From an uncultured delta proteobacterium (GTDB lineage Bacteria > Myxococcota > Myxococcia > SLRQ01): a stretch of 64,000 nt of DNA. Under the pieces are notes generated by a model. The model ran no database searches, was not told the DNA's origin, and was given only the letters and a program-made list of their open reading frames with translations. Positions 59,183 through 64,000 of this stretch are shown here, one piece after another; position 1 is the first letter of the stretch; each line of letters starts with the position of its first letter. The DNA lies in assembly GCA_963727485.1 (NCBI GenBank), contig CAVSGM010000011.1, positions 832,001-896,000 on the forward strand, read 5' to 3'. Both the position numbers and the translations under genes were made by a program.

Positions 59183-60991
59183 ATGCGCGCGCACCTCCCG
59201 ATCGTCGCCCTCGTCGGCCTCGTCGCCGGCCTGGCCCTGCCGTCCCCGGCCTGGGCCGCGCCCAAGGTCTACGTGGCCCCCTACGCCCCGGTGAACCACA
59301 GCCTCCCCGCCGCCTTCGGGGTGCGCACCGCGAGGCTCATCTCCGGGGAGCTCAAGGCCCAGAAGAAGGTCGAGGTCGTCGACGGCCCCTCGGTCACCGC
59401 GGCCGGCGGGGCCAGGCCCCTGGACGCCCGGGCCCAGGCCAAGGCCATCGGTGAGGCCGAGCGCCAGGCGTCGAAGGCCGACGCGGCGATGAAGCGGCTC
59501 CGGTTCAAGGCGGCGGTGAAGCGCTACCGCAAGGCGCTGGCCGACTACGAGAAGAACCTCGTCTACCTCGACGACTTCAGCCGCCTGGTGGACACCCGGG
59601 TGGACCTGGCGGTGGCGCTCTTCCGCACCCACCAGGAGAACGAGGGCGAGCACCTCCTCGCCGAGGTCATCGCCCTCGACCCGGACAAGAAGCTCGATCC
59701 CCAGAAGTACCCGCCGCTCTTCCGGCGCACCTACCAGGCGATCCGCAAGAAGCTGCTCTCCCTGACCCGCTGCGCCTCGAGCGTGGTCTCGACCCCCGCC
59801 GGCGCCGAGGTGTTCTTCGACGGGAAGCAGGTGGGCAAGACCCCGCTGCTCCTCAAGAACATGGTCCGCGGGCTCCACTTCGTGAAGGTGGTGGCGCCGG
59901 GGGCGGCGCCCTACGCCAGCCAAATCCACGCCAGCCCCGCCTCGGTGGCCAAGGTCGACGCCTCGCTGGCCGGCTCGATCTCCGGGCCCGCCGCCGATCT
60001 CGTCGACCGCATGGCCCGGGGGCGCATCGACCGCCGGGTGCTGAAGACCCTCGGGCGCCTCGCCTCCAAGGCCGGCGCCGACTACGCCATCATCGGCGGG
60101 GTGCGCCGGGCCTCGGACGCCTACGCGGTGCGCAGCTGGATCTACGACGTCCACCACCAGAAGCTCGCCGAGCTCCCGGACATGAGCTTCGACGTGGACA
60201 TGCTCGGGGCGGCCATCGAGGTCTACAAGGGCGCGGCGAAGATCGCCGACGCGGTGTCGAGCTTCCCCGAGCCGGTGGAGCTCCCGGTGACCCTCTTCCC
60301 CGGCGCCTCCCGGCCCCACGAGCACCTCTCCGAGGTGGACGTGGGTCCGGCCCAGGCCTCCCCCGAGGTGGCCGCCGCGCCGCCGCCGAAGCCCGCGGCG
60401 ACGGTGGCGATCTCCGAGCCCACGGTGCACCCGGCGCGGCACGGCTCCGGGCCGGTGCAGCCGGCGTCCGGTCCCGTCCAGCCGGCGTCCGGTCCCGTCC
60501 AGCCCAGCTCCGGGCCGGTGCAGCCCAGCGCCGGCCCCGTCCAGCCCGCCTCGGGCCCGATCGTCGCCACCCGGCACCGGCGGCCGGCGCACCCCGTCAT
60601 CGACCAGGGTCGCGACACCGGCAGCCAGGGGAGCACCACCGGCGGCCCGGTGGCCCCCCAGGGCTCGAGCGCCTCTGGCGACCAGGGCGACCAGACGGAT
60701 CAGGGGGACTCCAGCGCGGTGGTCCTCGGCGGGCCCCGGGCGCGCACCCTCAACCCCGACGCCACCGTCCACCCCAGGAAGCGCTACGCGGCGGTGGACG
60801 TGGACCAGGTCGTCGCCCCGAGCGACGAGCTCGACAAGAACCCGCACCACGGCTGGCCCTGGTGGGCCTGGGGGCTCCTGGTGGTCGGGGTCGGCGCCGC
60901 GGGCGCCGGCGGCTACTTCGCAGCGGACAAGGCGGGCATCCTCGGAGGCTCCGCCAGCAGCGCCACGGTGACGGTGACATGGCCCAAGTGA
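59183..60991 (+). CDS. Secreted PEGA-domain protein with C-terminal TM
   Basis: Signal peptide, STPAGAEVFFDG PEGA, WPWWAW plus TM; upstream TTGACC-N18-TAGCGT. Confidence 0.85.
   Translation: MRAHLPIVALVGLVAGLALPSPAWAAPKVYVAPYAPVNHSLPAAFGVRTARLISGELKAQKKVEVVDGPSVTAAGGARPLDARAQAKAIGEAERQASKADAAMKRLRFKAAVKRYRKALADYEKNLVYLDDFSRLVDTRVDLAVALFRTHQENEGEHLLAEVIALDPDKKLDPQKYPPLFRRTYQAIRKKLLSLTRCASSVVSTPAGAEVFFDGKQVGKTPLLLKNMVRGLHFVKVVAPGAAPYASQIHASPASVAKVDASLAGSISGPAADLVDRMARGRIDRRVLKTLGRLASKAGADYAIIGGVRRASDAYAVRSWIYDVHHQKLAELPDMSFDVDMLGAAIEVYKGAAKIADAVSSFPEPVELPVTLFPGASRPHEHLSEVDVGPAQASPEVAAAPPPKPAATVAISEPTVHPARHGSGPVQPASGPVQPASGPVQPSSGPVQPSAGPVQPASGPIVATRHRRPAHPVIDQGRDTGSQGSTTGGPVAPQGSSASGDQGDQTDQGDSSAVVLGGPRARTLNPDATVHPRKRYAAVDVDQVVAPSDELDKNPHHGWPWWAWGLLVVGVGAAGAGGYFAADKAGILGGSASSATVTVTWPK
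60446..60559 (+). repeat. 21-nt tandem repeat (SGPVQPA) x5+
   Basis: GPVQPAS, GPVQPSS and GPVQPSA units in frame. Confidence 0.85.
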
Positions 60992-62607
60992 TGCTTCGCA
61001 GGATTGCCATCGCCTCGTTCCTCCTCCTCTTCGCCGGCTGCGGCTCGCGGACGCTGGACGTGAACGTGAAGCTTCTGACCCAGAGCTGCCCGGGGAAGGA
61101 CGGCAAGACCGTCGACGCCCTGGCCAGCGTGAGCGACCTCGAGTTCGTCGTCACCGGCGACGGCCTCGACAAGCCCATGGACACCACCGTCACCGTGAAG
61201 GACGGCAAGGTGACCCTCCCGGGCATCCCCCTCGGGGCCAAGGGGCAGGTCCTCAACCGGCTCATCACCGTGAAGGCCCACTTCGGCTCCGGGGGCCCGG
61301 TGACCGCCAAGGGCGCCGCGGTGGTGCAGATGAGCTCCGACGAGCAGGGGCCGGTGACCATCCCCATCTTCCTCCACCCGGTGGAGAGCTTCGTCTACAC
61401 CGCCGACGCCGGCGACCCCTCGAAGTGCACGGAGATGAACAAGCCCCGGGCCGGCCACACGGCGACCCTGCTCCCGGACGGGCGGGTGCTCGTCGTCGGC
61501 GGCGCCGAGTTCGACGCGGTCGGCGGGCTCACCATCCAGGACTCCGCCGAGCTCTTCGACCCCCTCACCGGGAAGTTCACGCTCCTGGGGCCGGGGCAGG
61601 GCGGGCCCAAGCTGGCGCGCCTCTACCAGAGCGCGACCCTTCTCCAGGACGGGCGGGTCCTGGTGGCCGGCGGCGAGATCAGCGTCGACGGTCAGCTCCA
61701 GACCGCCCGGCCCACGGAGATCTTCGACCCCAAGACCGACGCCTTCAGCGCCGGCCCGCTCCTCGACCAGGGGCGGGCGCGCCACTCGGCGTTGCTGGCC
61801 GCGGGGGGCCTGGTGGTCGTCGCCGGCGGCTACGCCGACCCCGGCAACCCCCTGCCCCTGAAGAGCACCGAGTTCTGGGACCCGACCAAGGGCGCCTCGA
61901 CCTTCACCGTGGGCCCCAATCTCCCCCAGGGCCGCTCCGAGGCCTGCGCCACCACCATCCGCGGCGGCCAGGTGGTGGTCCTCGCCGGCGGCAAGACCGT
62001 GGACGGCACCGGCAAGATCGCCGCCACCGACCAGATCGCCTTCCTCCACGACGTGAACGGGGCCATGTCCCTGCTCACCGACAGCACCGGCGCCCCCCTG
62101 ACCTTCCAGATGGGCCAGCCCCGCTACGACCTGGGCTGCGGCACCCTCCAGGTGCCCGACGGGAGCGGCGGCACCAAGGACGTGGTGGCCCTCGCCGGCG
62201 GCTTCCAGACCGTGGACCAGTACGGCGGCAGCAGCGTCAGCTCGGCGGTGGAGCTCTTCGACCCGGCCAGCGGGGTCTCCAACGCCGGCTCCCTCTCCGC
62301 AGGCGCCCGGGGGAACCTCTGCGCGGTCCAGGTCGACCCCCAGACCGTGGTCTTCATCGGCGGCTACAACAGCGACGACGACACGGTGGCCACCGGCTCG
62401 GAGCAGCTCTCCATCGGCAGCGATGGCACCCCCAAGATCCACAAGACCGCCGGGGCACCGATGAACGACGGGCGCTTCCTCCACCAGTGCACCCGCCTCG
62501 CCGACGGGTCAATCCTGGTCACCGGGGGGATGCTCGACACCCCCCGGAAGGCCGGCGACCCCTTGAGCCTCCGGACCGCCGAGGTCTACACGCCGCTCAC
62601 CCAGTAG
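60991..62607 (+). CDS. Kelch-repeat lipoprotein
   Basis: Lipobox LFAGC; repeated R..H.ATLL.DGRVLV.GG...AELFDP. Confidence 0.9.
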   Translation: MLRRIAIASFLLLFAGCGSRTLDVNVKLLTQSCPGKDGKTVDALASVSDLEFVVTGDGLDKPMDTTVTVKDGKVTLPGIPLGAKGQVLNRLITVKAHFGSGGPVTAKGAAVVQMSSDEQGPVTIPIFLHPVESFVYTADAGDPSKCTEMNKPRAGHTATLLPDGRVLVVGGAEFDAVGGLTIQDSAELFDPLTGKFTLLGPGQGGPKLARLYQSATLLQDGRVLVAGGEISVDGQLQTARPTEIFDPKTDAFSAGPLLDQGRARHSALLAAGGLVVVAGGYADPGNPLPLKSTEFWDPTKGASTFTVGPNLPQGRSEACATTIRGGQVVVLAGGKTVDGTGKIAATDQIAFLHDVNGAMSLLTDSTGAPLTFQMGQPRYDLGCGTLQVPDGSGGTKDVVALAGGFQTVDQYGGSSVSSAVELFDPASGVSNAGSLSAGARGNLCAVQVDPQTVVFIGGYNSDDDTVATGSEQLSIGSDGTPKIHKTAGAPMNDGRFLHQCTRLADGSILVTGGMLDTPRKAGDPLSLRTAEVYTPLTQ

Positions 62608-62623
62608 CCCCCGGGAGCCGCCC

Positions 62624-63316
62624 ATGCGCCTCGCCGCCCTCGCCCTCGCCGCCGTCCTCCTCTTCCCCGCGGCCCGGGCCCGAGCCGGCGGTGACGACCT
62701 CGGCCTCGGGGACCTCGGCGCCGCCGCCGCGATCCCTCCGAAGACCAGGAAGGCCCTGGACGCCCACCTGGCCAAGGCGAAGAAGCTCATCGCCCGCCAG
62801 GACTACGCCGGCGCCAAGGCCGAGCTGAAAGCCGCGGACAAGCTGGTGCCCATGAACGACGAGGTGATGAGCCTCCTCGACCGGGTCGAGTCCATGGAGG
62901 CCGAGCAGCAGCAGAACAAGGGCCTGGTCAAGCGCCTGGAGGCGCAGCAGGCGGCCAAGGACCAGAAGGCCGCGGCCGCCACCCGGACCCGTCGGGCCGT
63001 CGACGCCCAGGTCCGCCGGGTGGAGCGCCACCGGCACCTGCCCCGTCGCCTGGGCCGGGCCATCGTCGCCCTCCGCCGCCGGCGCCGCCGGGACGCCAAG
63101 GCCGTGGACGCCGCGGTCACCGCCCGGGAGCAGTGCCACGCCGCCGCCATCCTGGCCCACGACGGGCGCGGCGCCAGCCGTTGCCACCAGGCCGACGCCC
63201 GGGTGGCGGCGCGGCAGCAGTCGCTCCGCGCCCTCGACGACGACCTCGCGGTGCTCACGACCACCTACCGCGACCGCCGGGGCCAGAAGGCCCTCGACGC
63301 CCTCGGCGGGCGCTGA
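62624..63316 (+). CDS. Hypothetical secreted helical protein
   Basis: Signal peptide, TPR-like unit, Arg-rich helices; GGAG RBS. Confidence 0.7.
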   Translation: MRLAALALAAVLLFPAARARAGGDDLGLGDLGAAAAIPPKTRKALDAHLAKAKKLIARQDYAGAKAELKAADKLVPMNDEVMSLLDRVESMEAEQQQNKGLVKRLEAQQAAKDQKAAAATRTRRAVDAQVRRVERHRHLPRRLGRAIVALRRRRRRDAKAVDAAVTAREQCHAAAILAHDGRGASRCHQADARVAARQQSLRALDDDLAVLTTTYRDRRGQKALDALGGR

Positions 63317-63338
63317 CCGACCAGCGCCGGGTCCCGGC

Positions 63339-64000
63339 CTACGCGTCCCCTCGGGACGCCCCGTCGTCGGGCTCGCTCGCGGCCGCGGGGGCCGGCTCGG
63401 TGGCCGCGGGGGCCGGCTCGGCGGGCGCGGGCGCCGGCTCGGTGGCCGCGGGGGCCGGCTCGGCGGGCGCGGCCTCCGGGCTCGGGGCAGGCACCGGGGC
63501 CGGGCGGGCCTTGGCCCTGGCGCCCTTGCGGCCCTCGGCCTGGCGCAGCTGCTTCTCCACGGTGCGGAGGCGGTCCTTGGCGACCTCGAGCTCGCCCTTG
63601 AGGACCAGGTAGACCCGGTTGCTGGTCTCGGCCCGGCCCCGGGCCTTCTTCAGCTCGTGGTCCTTGGTGGCGAGGGTGCGCTTGAGCTCGGCGACCTGGG
63701 TCTCGGCGGCGTCGGCGCGGGACCGCTCCCGGGCGGTGGCCTCGGCGTCGCCGGCGTCCCGGGCGGGGGCAGCGGCGGCGCTCGAGGCGGTGTCCGCGCC
63801 GGCGCCCCCGGGGGCCGCCATGGGGGACGCGGCGTCCGAATCGGAGGCGGGGGCGGGGGCCGCGGCGGGGGCGGACGCCGCGGCGGCGCCCCGGGCCTTG
63901 AGCCGGGCGAGGTCGGCCTGGGCGTGCTCGAGCTCGGCGCGGGCGTCCCGAAGCTCCTGGCGGACCTGGTGGAGCTCGTCGGTGAGCGCCTGCTCCCGGT
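63339..64000 (-). CDS. Coiled-coil hypothetical protein, 5' end outside the window
   Basis: Frame open to the window end (REQALTDELHQVRQEL...RVYLVLKGELEVAKDRL); EPAPAAT repeats. Confidence 0.7.
   Translation of the reverse strand, partial: REQALTDELHQVRQELRDARAELEHAQADLARLKARGAAAASAPAAAPAPASDSDAASPMAAPGGAGADTASSAAAAPARDAGDAEATARERSRADAAETQVAELKRTLATKDHELKKARGRAETSNRVYLVLKGELEVAKDRLRTVEKQLRQAEGRKGARAKARPAPVPAPSPEAAPAEPAPAATEPAPAPAEPAPAATEPAPAAASEPDDGASRGDA

Noticed and set aside
57383..60850. 1155-aa extended kinase ORF
   Set aside because: The N-terminal part is antisense to the PEGA gene; the real start is GTG 59020

Overview
A very GC-rich, gene-dense bacterial chromosomal window. The gene content (eukaryotic-type Ser/Thr kinases, PEGA, TPR, PilZ, DUF4388-type and kelch proteins, a specialised Hsp70 operon) points to Myxococcota; this is an inference. 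About 60 CDS were identified. Housekeeping genes are argD, argF, argG, miaE, coaE, yihA, tdk, upp, hpt, dapF and a thiolase. The rest include signalling genes, two c-type cytochromes, a small stress-type membrane cluster and one decayed IS481 remnant. No rRNA, tRNA or CRISPR array was seen. Several genes carry single-base frameshifts that look like assembly indels. Best leads: (1) an orphan GlmL/MutL-like actin-fold ATPase with an uncharacterised partner and two co-oriented small genes, with no B12 mutase nearby, possibly an undescribed system; (2) a promoter-plus-long-hairpin sRNA candidate at about 48.1-48.3 kb; (3) a roughly 1370-aa methyltransferase-fold/coiled-coil protein whose frameshift-corrected end is a MinD-like membrane-targeting helix; (4) a Ser/Thr kinase fused to a ribbon-helix-helix domain; (5) an amidohydrolase that has lost most of its metal ligands, next to an MrpC-like regulator; (6) many probably leaderless genes. 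All family assignments are from motif recognition by eye; no searches were run.
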